64,000 nucleotides of DNA from an uncultured Anaerolineae bacterium (GCA_964487375.1 CAZAQA010000007.1:46168-110167); one strand, 5' to 3'; shown: positions 29,312 through 39,741, counted from the first letter of the stretch. The notes: generated by a model not told the origin, from the letters alone. Program-made: numbers and translations.

Positions 29312-32300
29312 ATGTCTAGAAGGATACCATGGTGGGGCTTCGCGGGGATCCTGTTGATTGTCGCCTTTCTGTTGGTCTCGTTCTCTCAGATGCCCGTTAA
29401 TGCCGATCTCACAGCTACAGGGTGGAAATTGTCCTACACAGGCCAAAATAACTGGCTGAAGGACGTTCAATTTGTGAGCTCAACCATCGGTTATGCTGTT
29501 GGTGAGTCAAAAATCCCTCTTTGGTTTGGACAAGGGGCCAGGTATCGCGGCTCTATCCTGCGCACATTTGATGGCGGCGAGACGTGGGAAGAGATGTACA
29601 CCCAGGATAGCGCCAAGTTCGAATTGCGGGCCATGCGGGGTCTGCATATGATCTCCCCTCAGGAAGGGTGGGCGGTGGGCGACTTGGGCCGCATCTTGCA
29701 TACTCGTGATGGCTGGCAAACATGGGAGGTGCAATCCTCCGGACATAGCAAGCCTCAATTTGATGTCTTTGTCTCTCCTGACGGACGGTTGGGCTGGATT
29801 GGCACCAGTCCGAACGCCGGTCACTTGTTGCGGACGACCAACGGTGGACAAACGTGGATATCAGGTATGGGCAACCCGGCTCCTTGGGGAGCATCTACCG
29901 AAAGTATGGACTGGTTGTTTGTGAACGGCGTTTGGTACGGCTATGCTATTGGTTCTGTGAGCACGGGAGGCCTTTTCGTCCGCTCTGTCGACGGAGGGCG
30001 TTCCTGGATTCGCACTACTCCCGCCTTGGCCGACGTCCACGTTCATCAAGTGGACTTCGTAGATCCTGACCATGGGTGGGTTGCAGCCAACGACGGCCGG
30101 ATCTATAGGACAGAAGACGGCGGAGAGACCTGGCAATATTCCCAGATGGACAAGAATGTGCACGTGATGGATGTTCAGTTCCTCGATCGTTTTCATGGCT
30201 ATGCGGTCGGCGCGCGGTGTCCCTATCCTCCCAACTATTGGTTCCAATGTACAGATTCACCAGACGGAACGGGGCGGCGGATCTCTGCCCAGGTGGTCTT
30301 TTTGACAACCGATGACGGTGGGCGGAGCTGGAAGAGTCAGACGCTACCGGGGGACAGCGTGCCAGTGGCGCTCGATGTTCTGGACCCGAATCACATATGG
30401 ATTGTCGGTGAGCGCGGCATGGTGCTTCGTTACACAAGTGATGCGCCTCTTCCGACGCCGACGGCTTCAGCCGTCACACCGGTTACGCCGACCCTCACAC
30501 CGACTGCAACGGCTACCCCCACGCCAACTCCCAGTGCGACCCCTACCGGCCTTGTTGGCTCGGGAACCCTGGTGCTGCAGGAAGGAGTCAACGGGTACAA
30601 CGGCGTGCAGGACACGTATATCGAACGCTGGTGGCCGTATGGGTATAAAAATTTTGGCAAGGACCCCATCATCGCCATTCGCGGTGAGGATAAGCATGGG
30701 GTCACCCTGGAAGGCCTTTTGCGCTTCGACCTTCACCTTTTGCCTCGGTATGCCATTATACAGCGAGCGGAATTGCGCCTGTATTCCGGTGCGGCGAACA
30801 GGGAATCTCCTGAATTGTTCCGCGCTTATATGTTACGCCGCCCCTGGGACGAGACCATCGCCACGTTTTACACGGCCTCCCGCCGGGAAAGCTGGGAAAC
30901 CCCCGGCGCACTGGGCTCAAGTGACCGGGATCCCTCCCCTGTGGGGGAATCTATCGTCGATAGACCTTACACCTGGCTTAGTATTGATGTCACCTCTGCT
31001 GTCGGCAAGTGGGTACGAGGGGAAGTCCCCAATGATGGCTTGGTGGTGCAGGCTTTCGCCATCCCCGGTCATCCGGCTGTTCATCATAATTTCATTAGCA
31101 GTGAGGATCGGCATGTGAACCTGAGGCCACAACTCGTCATCAAGTATTCGATCGCTACCCCCACGCCGACACCTTCACCGACGCCGACGGCCACCTTTAC
31201 TCCCACGCCGACGCCGACTTCGACTCCCCGGACAACGCCAACGCCGGTGTATTCTAAGCCTCTCACTTTGCATTTGCAGGAAGGGCGGGATGGATATCAA
31301 GGAGTGAAGGATACGTACATCAGCCGTTGGTTCAGGAAAGTGAACTACGGTTTGGACCCGGTTTTGGCCCTACGCACAGAGGACGCCATCGGGCCCACCC
31401 ATGAAGTACTTCTTTATTTCCCCTTACCAAAGGCCATCCCACCTCGGGCCGAGATCCTCAAAGCCACATTGAAATTGTATTCGGGGGCGCGTAATCGGAA
31501 TGCCGCCATCTTGTTACGGGCGTATTTACTCTTGCGGTCTTGGAAAGACACGGATGCAACATGGTATGACGCCATGGCCGGAACCCCCTGGGAAAAACCG
31601 GGGGCGTTCGGTACCAGTGACCGCGTGTCTCAGGCCGTTGGAGAGGTTGTTTTCGACAAGACTCACGCTTGGGTCAATATGGATGTGACAGCAGCGGTTG
31701 CCCGTTGGGTGCGCGATCCGAACAGCAACCGGGGCTTGCTCTTGCAAGGGTTCAAATTGGGCACTCAGGTAGAGCATCGGTTTTTGAGCAGTCAGTATCC
31801 TAACATCGAACTTCGTCCCTTGCTGGAAATCACCTATCGTGTTCCTGTGGAGCCGACAGCGACGCCGACGCCTACACGTACGCCCACAGCAACGCCATTT
31901 CCGAGCGATACTCCCACACCGACGCCGACTCCCACCTTCGATCCTCTGATCTCGCCGTTGCCGACGCCAACCCCGACGTTGACATCAACCCCGACCTGGA
32001 CGCCGACGCCTTCCCCGACCTTCACGCCCACGTCAACCTCCACGCCAACTGTGGTTTACTATACTGCACCTATCACCAAGAAGCTGCAACTGGGGGTTGA
32101 TGGATATACGGGCATGAGAGACACGTACATCAGTCGCTGGTACAGAAATCGAAATTTCGGTCGCGAACCTGTCTTGGGGGTGCGTACAGAGGACACTTTC
32201 GGGGTCACTCACGAAGCACTCCTGTATTTCCCCCTCGCTGACGTTTTGCCGTCCCATGCCCGTGTATTGAGCGCTCGGCTCAAGCTGTATTCGGGTGCTC

Positions 32301-34408
32301 GCAACCGCCGTGCTCCCATTATTCTGAGAGCCTACATGTTGCGGCGTGCCTGGGATGAGGAAACGGCTACCTGGGTTCGGGCTGACACAACGTCTTCCTG
32401 GGCAACGGCAGGGGCCCAAGGGGACGGGGATCGCTATCTGACCCCCATCGGGGAAACTACCTTCAATCGAGTGTACACCTGGGTCTCCATTGACGTTACC
32501 GAGGCGGTGCAGCGCTGGCTGGAAGGAAAGGATGCAAACGACGGCCTTATCATCCAGGGTTTCAAAGTAGCCGGCGGTTCTCAGGTACAGCACAACTTCC
32601 TGAGCAGCGAGTACCCTGACCCGCGGTTGCGCCCGATCCTGGAGATCACATATCAGGAACAGACGACGACACCTCCCACAATGACCCCTACGCCAACGCC
32701 AACCGTGCAGTCGACGGCGACCTGGACTCCACGCCCAAGCCCGACGCGCGGAATCCGTCCGACACCTCTTCCGCCTGCGCCGACGGCCACCCCTCTTCCC
32801 ACTCGTCCTATTCGTCCAGGTGTGGACGGCTGGGAAGCGGTGCGCCATCCAGGCGTCTACATGGCCTACGATTATTCTGGACACAATCCGCAAGTTTACG
32901 GTACGGTGGGCTCCCTGGCTTCTTTCCATTGGTCAGCGCTGGAGAAGCAAAAGGACCGGTATGATTTTAGCGATATTGATCGGTGGTTAACTCGGCTGGC
33001 CAGTGATGGCCTGAAAGGCGCTTTCTTTGTTGATCTCTTCGACGGCGGTTGCTATGGAGATCGCTCTTTGCCTCAGTATCTTATCAATGACCCTCAAGCC
33101 GTCCTCCGGCGCAATCTGGGCTACGTTTGTCCACAGTCGGGACGAACGTGGAAGGCCATTCCCAACTACATGAGTCCTGTCTTGCAGGAACGGTATCGGC
33201 TCCTTATTTACAAACTGGGCGCACATTACAAGAATGATCCCCGAGTAGAATTTATTGCAGTAGGCACGGGGATTTATGGAGAAACACGAGCGGCAGCGGA
33301 AACAGCTGACCTGAATGCCTTGAAAGCGGCCGGTCTCACCAGCGACCTGTGGGTCGATTTTGTCAAGAAGGTTGGAGCCTGGTACCGCGACGCGTTTTCT
33401 GATGCCCAGGGCCATTTGCTCAAGCCCGTTCTCCAACAATCAGCGCCGGTGACGTTCTCGCCTCGTGAGCGCCGCGAAATCAATCAGCACGCGTTGCAAT
33501 TGGGTATGGGCATTTCCCTGAACTTGATGTATCCAGACGGTGAGGGGGTGCTCTTCAAGAACAATCCTGCCTGTCCGTACTGCTCTTGGTATGATTTCCC
33601 TATGCTCTATTGGGACATCATGCCGACGGCATGGGAGGCCTATAAACAGCAGACATGCACGCCTGAACAAATCTGGTGGGGGGTATACAATATTCTCAAT
33701 AAACATCCCGTGTACCTGCGAGTGGCATGGCCTCTCATCCGCACCAACAACGGAACCCCACGATGGGAGAATCTGGCTCCTTTCAAGTGGGCGGCGCCTT
33801 TCCTGGGCGTGAAAGCAGCGAACGCCCCTGCCGCCTGGGTGGCTTTGCGTGAACATCGCGACCCCTGGCGGCCGTTGACCTGCATGGGCATCGATGCTCC
33901 GGCTCAACATCAGAATCCGCAATGGGGAAACTACGGCTTTTTCATGGACCAGCGCGACGACTTGCCGGGAGGACGGACTGTACCGGAGACAAACGACCCG
34001 AAGGTAACACGTATGGCCAGCAATACACATCCGTACAATCCTGCCCTTCCACCAGGGAAGGAAGCTTGGACGGTCCGTCGGACGGACGAGCGTACAGGGA
34101 ATCGTTACATGTTCTTCGATGTTACCCGAGATTACTTGAGCGGTGTTCATTCAGCGACAGTGAAAGTCACGTACTGGGATCACGGAACGGACACCTGGAG
34201 CCTGTACTATCGGGACGCACAAGGCCGGGTTGTCCGGGCAGGCCTTGTGCGCAAGACGAATAGTGGCCGCTGGAAGACGGCTGTTTTCCAACTGGCTCGC
34301 GCACGTTGGGATAATTCTCTCCCTGAAGGCACAGGCGGGGCAGACTTCTATCTGGACAGCAATAACGACGGAGATGAGTGGATTCACTTCGTAGAGGTGC
34401 TGAAGTGA
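29312..34408 (+). CDS. Giant secreted multidomain protein: BNR/Asp-box beta-propeller, 3 x DNRLRE/CBM96-like domains, and a glycoside-hydrolase-like TIM-barrel domain, joined by Thr/Pro linkers
   Basis: Start at the ATG after GGAGGAA. Signal peptide. Asp-box repeats (TNGGQTW, VDGGRSW, EDGGETW, DDGGRSW). Three ~200-aa repeats with a DTYISRW...LRAYMLRR.WDE..ATW pattern. PTPTPT linkers. C-terminal W..LEK..DRYDF..ID GH42-like region. Confidence 0.7.
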   Translation: MSRRIPWWGFAGILLIVAFLLVSFSQMPVNADLTATGWKLSYTGQNNWLKDVQFVSSTIGYAVGESKIPLWFGQGARYRGSILRTFDGGETWEEMYTQDSAKFELRAMRGLHMISPQEGWAVGDLGRILHTRDGWQTWEVQSSGHSKPQFDVFVSPDGRLGWIGTSPNAGHLLRTTNGGQTWISGMGNPAPWGASTESMDWLFVNGVWYGYAIGSVSTGGLFVRSVDGGRSWIRTTPALADVHVHQVDFVDPDHGWVAANDGRIYRTEDGGETWQYSQMDKNVHVMDVQFLDRFHGYAVGARCPYPPNYWFQCTDSPDGTGRRISAQVVFLTTDDGGRSWKSQTLPGDSVPVALDVLDPNHIWIVGERGMVLRYTSDAPLPTPTASAVTPVTPTLTPTATATPTPTPSATPTGLVGSGTLVLQEGVNGYNGVQDTYIERWWPYGYKNFGKDPIIAIRGEDKHGVTLEGLLRFDLHLLPRYAIIQRAELRLYSGAANRESPELFRAYMLRRPWDETIATFYTASRRESWETPGALGSSDRDPSPVGESIVDRPYTWLSIDVTSAVGKWVRGEVPNDGLVVQAFAIPGHPAVHHNFISSEDRHVNLRPQLVIKYSIATPTPTPSPTPTATFTPTPTPTSTPRTTPTPVYSKPLTLHLQEGRDGYQGVKDTYISRWFRKVNYGLDPVLALRTEDAIGPTHEVLLYFPLPKAIPPRAEILKATLKLYSGARNRNAAILLRAYLLLRSWKDTDATWYDAMAGTPWEKPGAFGTSDRVSQAVGEVVFDKTHAWVNMDVTAAVARWVRDPNSNRGLLLQGFKLGTQVEHRFLSSQYPNIELRPLLEITYRVPVEPTATPTPTRTPTATPFPSDTPTPTPTPTFDPLISPLPTPTPTLTSTPTWTPTPSPTFTPTSTSTPTVVYYTAPITKKLQLGVDGYTGMRDTYISRWYRNRNFGREPVLGVRTEDTFGVTHEALLYFPLADVLPSHARVLSARLKLYSGARNRRAPIILRAYMLRRAWDEETATWVRADTTSSWATAGAQGDGDRYLTPIGETTFNRVYTWVSIDVTEAVQRWLEGKDANDGLIIQGFKVAGGSQVQHNFLSSEYPDPRLRPILEITYQEQTTTPPTMTPTPTPTVQSTATWTPRPSPTRGIRPTPLPPAPTATPLPTRPIRPGVDGWEAVRHPGVYMAYDYSGHNPQVYGTVGSLASFHWSALEKQKDRYDFSDIDRWLTRLASDGLKGAFFVDLFDGGCYGDRSLPQYLINDPQAVLRRNLGYVCPQSGRTWKAIPNYMSPVLQERYRLLIYKLGAHYKNDPRVEFIAVGTGIYGETRAAAETADLNALKAAGLTSDLWVDFVKKVGAWYRDAFSDAQGHLLKPVLQQSAPVTFSPRERREINQHALQLGMGISLNLMYPDGEGVLFKNNPACPYCSWYDFPMLYWDIMPTAWEAYKQQTCTPEQIWWGVYNILNKHPVYLRVAWPLIRTNNGTPRWENLAPFKWAAPFLGVKAANAPAAWVALREHRDPWRPLTCMGIDAPAQHQNPQWGNYGFFMDQRDDLPGGRTVPETNDPKVTRMASNTHPYNPALPPGKEAWTVRRTDERTGNRYMFFDVTRDYLSGVHSATVKVTYWDHGTDTWSLYYRDAQGRVVRAGLVRKTNSGRWKTAVFQLARARWDNSLPEGTGGADFYLDSNNDGDEWIHFVEVLK

Positions 34409-34440
34409 TTGGAGCTTTGGATGTGTTATCCTCTGACCCT

Positions 34441-34479
34441 GGCCAGGAGCGAGGCGGGAAGTGTACTTCACTCCTGGCC
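34441..34479. terminator. Hairpin between the convergent giant-protein gene and the PstS-like gene (possible terminator)
   Basis: GGCCAGGAG, a 21-nt loop, CTCCTGGCC. The downstream T-tract is weak. Confidence 0.3.
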
Positions 34480-35250
34480 TTACTTCCAAAAAGATTGCAG
34501 TGAAACGGCGTCAGGACTGAAAAGGGCGAAAACCTCACGCTTCAAAGGGTAAACGCCAGTCTGGAGGTTGCTTTCTGTGGGTAGGATGCCGTTCACCGCC
34601 ACCACGCGAACACGCGAGTTTACAAGGCGCCAACTCACATAGCCGATTGCTCCGTCATGTCGGGCAACATAAGTGACGACATCCTGGGCTGTGGCCATGA
34701 CAACCGCGGTCAATGCTACCGGCTCTTTTCCCATTACTTTGTGCTCGAAAGCTGCCCGGGTTCCCGACCCCTTCTCTCGGCTGACCAGGCGAAGTGGGAT
34801 ATGAGCACCACCTAGAGCGCTCCAGGTCAAATACCGTCCGGAGAAGATATGGCGCAGAAGGTCCAGGTCAAGGGTTGCAAGCTGTACTCCCGGGTGAACA
34901 ATGATGGCGATAGCATCCTGGCCCAGGGAATCGGTGAGGTAGCCGGCCGGTGGCCCTTGGGGCAACCACGATGCGAGAGCGACATCCGCCCGCCCGGCCT
35001 GCAACAGGTGTAATCCGATGGTCGTGTCCGTGGGCGTGTAGAATAGCTCGACGGGAGGAACGTGACGTTGGGCTCGGATTCGGGCCTTTTGTACCCATGG
35101 AGCCATATCACTGGAGCCTACCACTTGAACGGTTTGGGGCAAAGGGGGCGCGGGCGCGGGAACCGGTCGCGAGAGACAGCCGGCAGCTAAGATCCAGAGG
35201 GCCATCCCAATGATTCCAACGCCCACCCGGCTGATTTTAGAGGAACGCAT
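34480..35250 (-). CDS. PstS-like phosphate-binding periplasmic lipoprotein (PBP superfamily)
   Basis: 256 aa. Lipoprotein signal (LAAGCLS). PstS-like SREKGSGTR motif. No pstCAB genes adjacent. Confidence 0.55.
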   Translation of the reverse strand: MRSSKISRVGVGIIGMALWILAAGCLSRPVPAPAPPLPQTVQVVGSSDMAPWVQKARIRAQRHVPPVELFYTPTDTTIGLHLLQAGRADVALASWLPQGPPAGYLTDSLGQDAIAIIVHPGVQLATLDLDLLRHIFSGRYLTWSALGGAHIPLRLVSREKGSGTRAAFEHKVMGKEPVALTAVVMATAQDVVTYVARHDGAIGYVSWRLVNSRVRVVAVNGILPTESNLQTGVYPLKREVFALFSPDAVSLQSFWK

Positions 35251-35271
35251 GGCAAGTGCTTTTGGGCTTTC

Positions 35272-36072
35272 TCATGTGAACAAAAGGACGGCCAATCCAA
35301 AGAGGGCACAGTACAAGGCGAAGACGTAGAGACTGTGGCGCTTGAGATAGCGCAGTAAGGAGTGGATGGCTAGAAAGCCGCTGGCTGCTGCCGCCACAAA
35401 GCCGATAAGCAACATCGTTGTGGGCTCAACGGTCGCGCTGCCTCCTGAGAGGTGCTTCAGTTGCAAGAGTCCGGCACCGAAAATGATGGGAATGCCGAGC
35501 AAAAAAGAGAAGCGAGCTGCACTTTCCCGGGTTAATCCCCGGGTGAGACCCGTGGCGATGGTTGTGCCGGAACGGGAGATGCCGGGCGTAATGGCGATAG
35601 CTTGCCCAATGCCGATGATGAGTCCGTCCAGTAGGGTGATGTGATCGATGGATCGAATCCTTTGACCAACGAGCTCACTGGCCACAAGAATGAGGGCGGT
35701 GACCAGGAGAAAACCCGCGGCCGCGTGCGGGGAGTGAAATAAGGCTTCGAACTGTTTTTGCAGGAGTGCTCCGGCCAGAGCACCAGGAATGGTCCCGATA
35801 GCAATGGCCCAGGCCGCACGTGCCCCAGGCACTTCGAGGGTGCGCTGTACCAGACTGAGCACGGCAGCCCGGATGTAATAGACGACATCGTGCCAGAAAT
35901 AAATCAAGACGGCCAGCAACGTCCCCCAATGGACCATCGTGTCGAAAGTTAGGCTGGCAGCAGGCCATCCCAACAGCCAGGGAATGATGACTAGATGACC
36001 GGAGCTGCTTACCGGTAAGAACTCTGTCAGTCCCTGTAAAACGCCCAGGACCAAGGCTTGAATTGCTGACAT
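35272..36072 (-). CDS. uppP: Undecaprenyl-diphosphatase
   Basis: 266 aa. N-terminal LQGLTEFLPVSSSGHL is typical of BacA/UppP. Confidence 0.85.
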   Translation of the reverse strand: MSAIQALVLGVLQGLTEFLPVSSSGHLVIIPWLLGWPAASLTFDTMVHWGTLLAVLIYFWHDVVYYIRAAVLSLVQRTLEVPGARAAWAIAIGTIPGALAGALLQKQFEALFHSPHAAAGFLLVTALILVASELVGQRIRSIDHITLLDGLIIGIGQAIAITPGISRSGTTIATGLTRGLTRESAARFSFLLGIPIIFGAGLLQLKHLSGGSATVEPTTMLLIGFVAAAASGFLAIHSLLRYLKRHSLYVFALYCALFGLAVLLFT

Positions 36073-36136
36073 GAGTGTTCCTCCTGATGCGTGGAATGGA
36101 TTGGGTGGCGGATGCCCAGGAGAAGTATCTCCGCGA

Positions 36137-37129
36137 TTATGCCACCCCTCGTTTCTCCCGGTCGTAATTCTTACCCAAAAATGCGGGCTCTCTTGCCCAA
36201 CGGAATCCGGGTATCATCACCAGGATAGTAGCAATGTATGGCAGCATTAGCAAAAATTGGTAGGGAATACCAATGCCTGTCACCTGAGCACGGAAAGCCA
36301 GGACTTCGATGCCGGCGAAGAAGAGGGAGGCCAAAACGATCGTATGAGGGGCCCAGCCGCCGAAAAACGTGAGGGCGATGGAGAGCCACCCCCGTCCGCG
36401 CACAATGTCTTCGGTGAACGTGCCCGTGTAGGCCATGGGTAAATAGGCACCAGCCAACCCCATCAGCATTCCACCGACGATTGATGCCGCGTAGCGATAC
36501 AGCGCCACGTTTACTCCCAGACTATCGGCGGCCAGAGGATTTTCCCCTACCGAGCGGAGTTCCAGTCCCAGTCCGGTCCGGTAAAGGAGGTACCACAACA
36601 GGATTGAGATTAAGATGGAGACGTAGACAAACATGTTCTGGCGGAAAAAGACCACGCCCAGGATGGGGATATCGGCCAATCCCGGAATTGGGACGTCAGG
36701 CAATGTCTGGATCAGGGGAGGCTTCAAGGTAACCCCTACTGCGAATTTATAAATGAGAGTCGAAAGCCCGGCAGTGGCAAAAAAGAGGGCCAATCCAATG
36801 ACGAATTGATTCATTTTCAACGTGGTCGTGAAATAGGCTAGAAAGAAGCCTACGAGACCGCCGGCCAACATGGCCAACACAGCCCCATAAAAGAGACTGC
36901 CGGTGTAGTATGCTCCCAGAAAGCCGATGACTGCACTTACAAGCATGATCCCTTCTTGAGCCACGCTGAACACGCCAGCTCGTCCGCCCAGCATCGTCCC
37001 CTGGGCAGCGAGTACGTAGGGGACCAGGGTCAGGATAACCAGGCGCGCCAGGGTGATAATCTGTTCGTTGATATGCATGGTGCTACCGCCTCCCCACCAC
37101 ATCGGATAAGAGTACGAAAATAACGACAA
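36137..37129 (-). CDS. ABC transporter permease (BMP/nucleoside-type)
   Basis: 330 aa polytopic permease. Last gene of the BMP transporter operon. Confidence 0.75.
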   Translation of the reverse strand: MSLFSYSYPMWWGGGSTMHINEQIITLARLVILTLVPYVLAAQGTMLGGRAGVFSVAQEGIMLVSAVIGFLGAYYTGSLFYGAVLAMLAGGLVGFFLAYFTTTLKMNQFVIGLALFFATAGLSTLIYKFAVGVTLKPPLIQTLPDVPIPGLADIPILGVVFFRQNMFVYVSILISILLWYLLYRTGLGLELRSVGENPLAADSLGVNVALYRYAASIVGGMLMGLAGAYLPMAYTGTFTEDIVRGRGWLSIALTFFGGWAPHTIVLASLFFAGIEVLAFRAQVTGIGIPYQFLLMLPYIATILVMIPGFRWAREPAFLGKNYDREKRGVA

Positions 37130-38126
37130 GAGCCTCGACGATGATGACCATCTCTCCTGGAATCATCATGGTGCGCTGCATGGCACTGGCCCCCACCTCG
37201 AGAATGGCGATGAAGAAGGCCACAAAGGGGACAGCCAGGATGTTCCCTTTGGCCATGAGCCCAGAGATGATCCCCAGGTTCATGTAGTTGGACTGAAGGC
37301 CCTCGATCAGACGATGGTGAACGCCTGCCACTTCGATACCGCCAGAGAGTCCACCCAGAGCGCCTCCCAATACCAGGGCCAGCACGGAAAGCTTGCGCAC
37401 GTCGATGCCGTAGACATAGGCCGCTCGCGGGTTCGCTCCCGTAGCGATCAGCTCGTAGCCACCGATCGTCCGGGATGTGTAGACATACACCAGGGCGGCC
37501 ACCAGGATTGTGAGCAAGAAGCCACTATGCAACGGCGGGCGGGCAATGAGGTCGGGGAGCATTCCTCCCCGGCCGATGGGAATGGTCGTCGGATGTCCTG
37601 CCGCGGGGTCTGGCCAGAATTCAGTGGCCACGTAGTTGATCAAACTGAAGGAGATGAAATTCATAAGCACAGTCGTGAGCACCTCATTGATGCGAAATCG
37701 GTACAGGAGCCAGCCGGGGATGGCTGCCCACAGCGCGCCAGTGGCGATGGACGCGAGCAGTACAAGAGGGAGGAGAACAAGCAGTGGGAGTCCGGCGAAG
37801 ACGATTCCTACAACCGCCGCGCCGATAGCTCCAGCGATAAGCTGGCCCTCCCCTCCGATGTTGAACTTGCCAGCCGCGAGAGGAATGGTAAAAGCCAGCG
37901 CCTGGAGGGTCAGTGGAACGAATTTCGTTAACGTTTGGATGAATCCGAAGGGAGTGCGGAACGAAGTTAACAGGATCGTTTCGTATGCCTGGAGCACGTT
38001 GAATCCCATGGCGGCGATAAAAATGCCGGCAGCCACGAAAGAGGCGACAATGGCTACCCCGTAAGGCAACAGCGCTTGCACGACGGGAGACAGAGCTCGT
38101 GGTTTGGGCAGTACGTGTTCACTCAA
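37083..38126 (-). CDS. ABC transporter permease (BMP/nucleoside-type); start approximate
   Basis: The six-frame ORF runs back into the ATPase gene, so it was trimmed to the TTG that follows GGAGGAAGGAGG (LSEHVLPKP...). Polytopic permease. Confidence 0.65.
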   Translation of the reverse strand: MSEHVLPKPRALSPVVQALLPYGVAIVASFVAAGIFIAAMGFNVLQAYETILLTSFRTPFGFIQTLTKFVPLTLQALAFTIPLAAGKFNIGGEGQLIAGAIGAAVVGIVFAGLPLLVLLPLVLLASIATGALWAAIPGWLLYRFRINEVLTTVLMNFISFSLINYVATEFWPDPAAGHPTTIPIGRGGMLPDLIARPPLHSGFLLTILVAALVYVYTSRTIGGYELIATGANPRAAYVYGIDVRKLSVLALVLGGALGGLSGGIEVAGVHHRLIEGLQSNYMNLGIISGLMAKGNILAVPFVAFFIAILEVGASAMQRTMMIPGEMVIIVEALVVIFVLLSDVVGRR

Positions 38127-38175
38127 GGTATTTGGACCTCCTTCCTCCAAAGGTGTCACGGCCTCACGGGGGAGA

Positions 38176-39741
38176 TTACTCCACAACACCAGCCATCCAT
38201 TGGCCAACCAGGTATTTGTCAAAATGCTCTCGATCAAGGACGCCCAGGATACGTCCTTCATAAATGGCACCGAGCCGGTCGCTGAGCAAGAGCAGCTCAT
38301 CCAGATCTTCTGAGATGAGCAAGATGGCGATGCCCTTGGCTCGTAACTCCATGAGCTTTTGGTAGACGAACTCCATCGAAGGGATGTCCAGTCCTCGGGT
38401 GGGATTGTGTGCGACCAGGACCCGAAGTGGGTGGGAGAAAGCCCGAGCCAACATAAGTCTTTGAATGTTCCCCCCAGATAGGTTGGCTGCCATGTCGTCC
38501 GGACCGGTGGTGCGGATGCGGTACTCACGAATCAGGTCCCAGGCCACGCTGAAAATTGTTTTCCAATCGAGGAAAGCTCCGCGCCGATAGGAAGGCTGGC
38601 GGTGGTAACCGAGTATCAAGTTGTGGGCGACACTCGCATTGGGCAGAAAGCCGTCGCCGAGTCGGTCTTCGGGGATGTAGGCGACACCATGGGCGAGGAT
38701 CTCTCTTGTTTTGCCCTCCGTGACCTCAAGGCCATTGACAACCGCGCGGCCTTTGGCCGGAGGACGAAGACCTAATAAGCTCTCCACAAGTTCTCGCTGC
38801 CCATTTCCTGCTACCCCTGCAATTCCGAAGATCTCCCCACCGTACACCTCGAAAGTGCAGTCGTCGACTGCCGGGGTCCCGTCATCCGCCAGAACACGTA
38901 GGCCTTCCACCTGGATGAATGCTCTCTCCGAATCGGCGATCGAGGAATTTGACATGGAGGTCGTTTCCAGGCGACCGGTGAAAAGGAAACTGTGGTTGAT
39001 GTCCAGTTGTTCGCCGACCATGGCCTTGACCAGCGTTTTCTCGTCCGTCTGAGAGAGGACCTGGGTGAACACATTGTGGCCATCTCTCAGAACGGTCACA
39101 CGATCGCATACGGCCATGACTTCACGGATTTTGTGGGTGATGAAGACCACACTCAGCCCTTTCTCGACCATCAGTTGCAAGGAATGGAACAGAGCGTCCA
39201 CTTCTTGAGGGGTCAAATTCGTGGTGGGCTCGTCCAGGATCAATACCCGAACACCTCGATATAAAATCTTGAGGATCTCCACGCGCTGCCGCACACCCAC
39301 TGGCAAATCCTCCACACGTGCCTCAGGATCCACATCCAGACCGAACTGCTCGGCCACCTGACGAAGATGAATCATGGCTTCTTCCAGACGGCTGATGCGC
39401 TCGAGTTTGGGGAGTGTTCCCAACACGACGTTTTCCGCTACCGTAAAGGGTGGAATTTGAAGGAAGTGTTGGTGAACCATGCCAATGCCATGGGTGAGGG
39501 CATCTTTAGGGGAGCGAATGTGAATGCTCTGGCCCTGGACAGTAATATGTCCGGCATCGGGGCGGTACAAGCCGTAAAGGATGTTCATCAGTGTTGTCTT
39601 GCCCGCGCCATTTCCTCCCAGCAGTCCGTGTATTTCTCCTCTTCTCAGTTCAAAGTGTACATCCTCCAGAGCAACGACATCGCCGAATGTTTTGCGAATG
39701 CCTTCCATAGTAACCAGCATAGAAGCAAGGGGTGTATCCAT
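38176..39741 (-). CDS. ABC transporter ATP-binding protein with two fused ABC domains (sugar/nucleoside type)
   Basis: 521 aa. Two Walker A motifs (GGNGAGKTT, GVAGNGQRE) and two signature motifs. Confidence 0.85.
   Translation of the reverse strand: MDTPLASMLVTMEGIRKTFGDVVALEDVHFELRRGEIHGLLGGNGAGKTTLMNILYGLYRPDAGHITVQGQSIHIRSPKDALTHGIGMVHQHFLQIPPFTVAENVVLGTLPKLERISRLEEAMIHLRQVAEQFGLDVDPEARVEDLPVGVRQRVEILKILYRGVRVLILDEPTTNLTPQEVDALFHSLQLMVEKGLSVVFITHKIREVMAVCDRVTVLRDGHNVFTQVLSQTDEKTLVKAMVGEQLDINHSFLFTGRLETTSMSNSSIADSERAFIQVEGLRVLADDGTPAVDDCTFEVYGGEIFGIAGVAGNGQRELVESLLGLRPPAKGRAVVNGLEVTEGKTREILAHGVAYIPEDRLGDGFLPNASVAHNLILGYHRQPSYRRGAFLDWKTIFSVAWDLIREYRIRTTGPDDMAANLSGGNIQRLMLARAFSHPLRVLVAHNPTRGLDIPSMEFVYQKLMELRAKGIAILLISEDLDELLLLSDRLGAIYEGRILGVLDREHFDKYLVGQWMAGVVE

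Noticed and set aside
30430-32043. Val/Gly-rich ORFs (30430-30705, 31084-31266, 31834-32043)
   Set aside because: They are reverse-frame artefacts of the Thr/Pro-coding (ACN CCN) linker repeats inside the giant protein gene.
37083-38528. Full 481-aa permease ORF
   Set aside because: The first ~118 codons overlap the upstream ATPase gene out of frame. It was trimmed to the TTG with a strong RBS. The start remains approximate.
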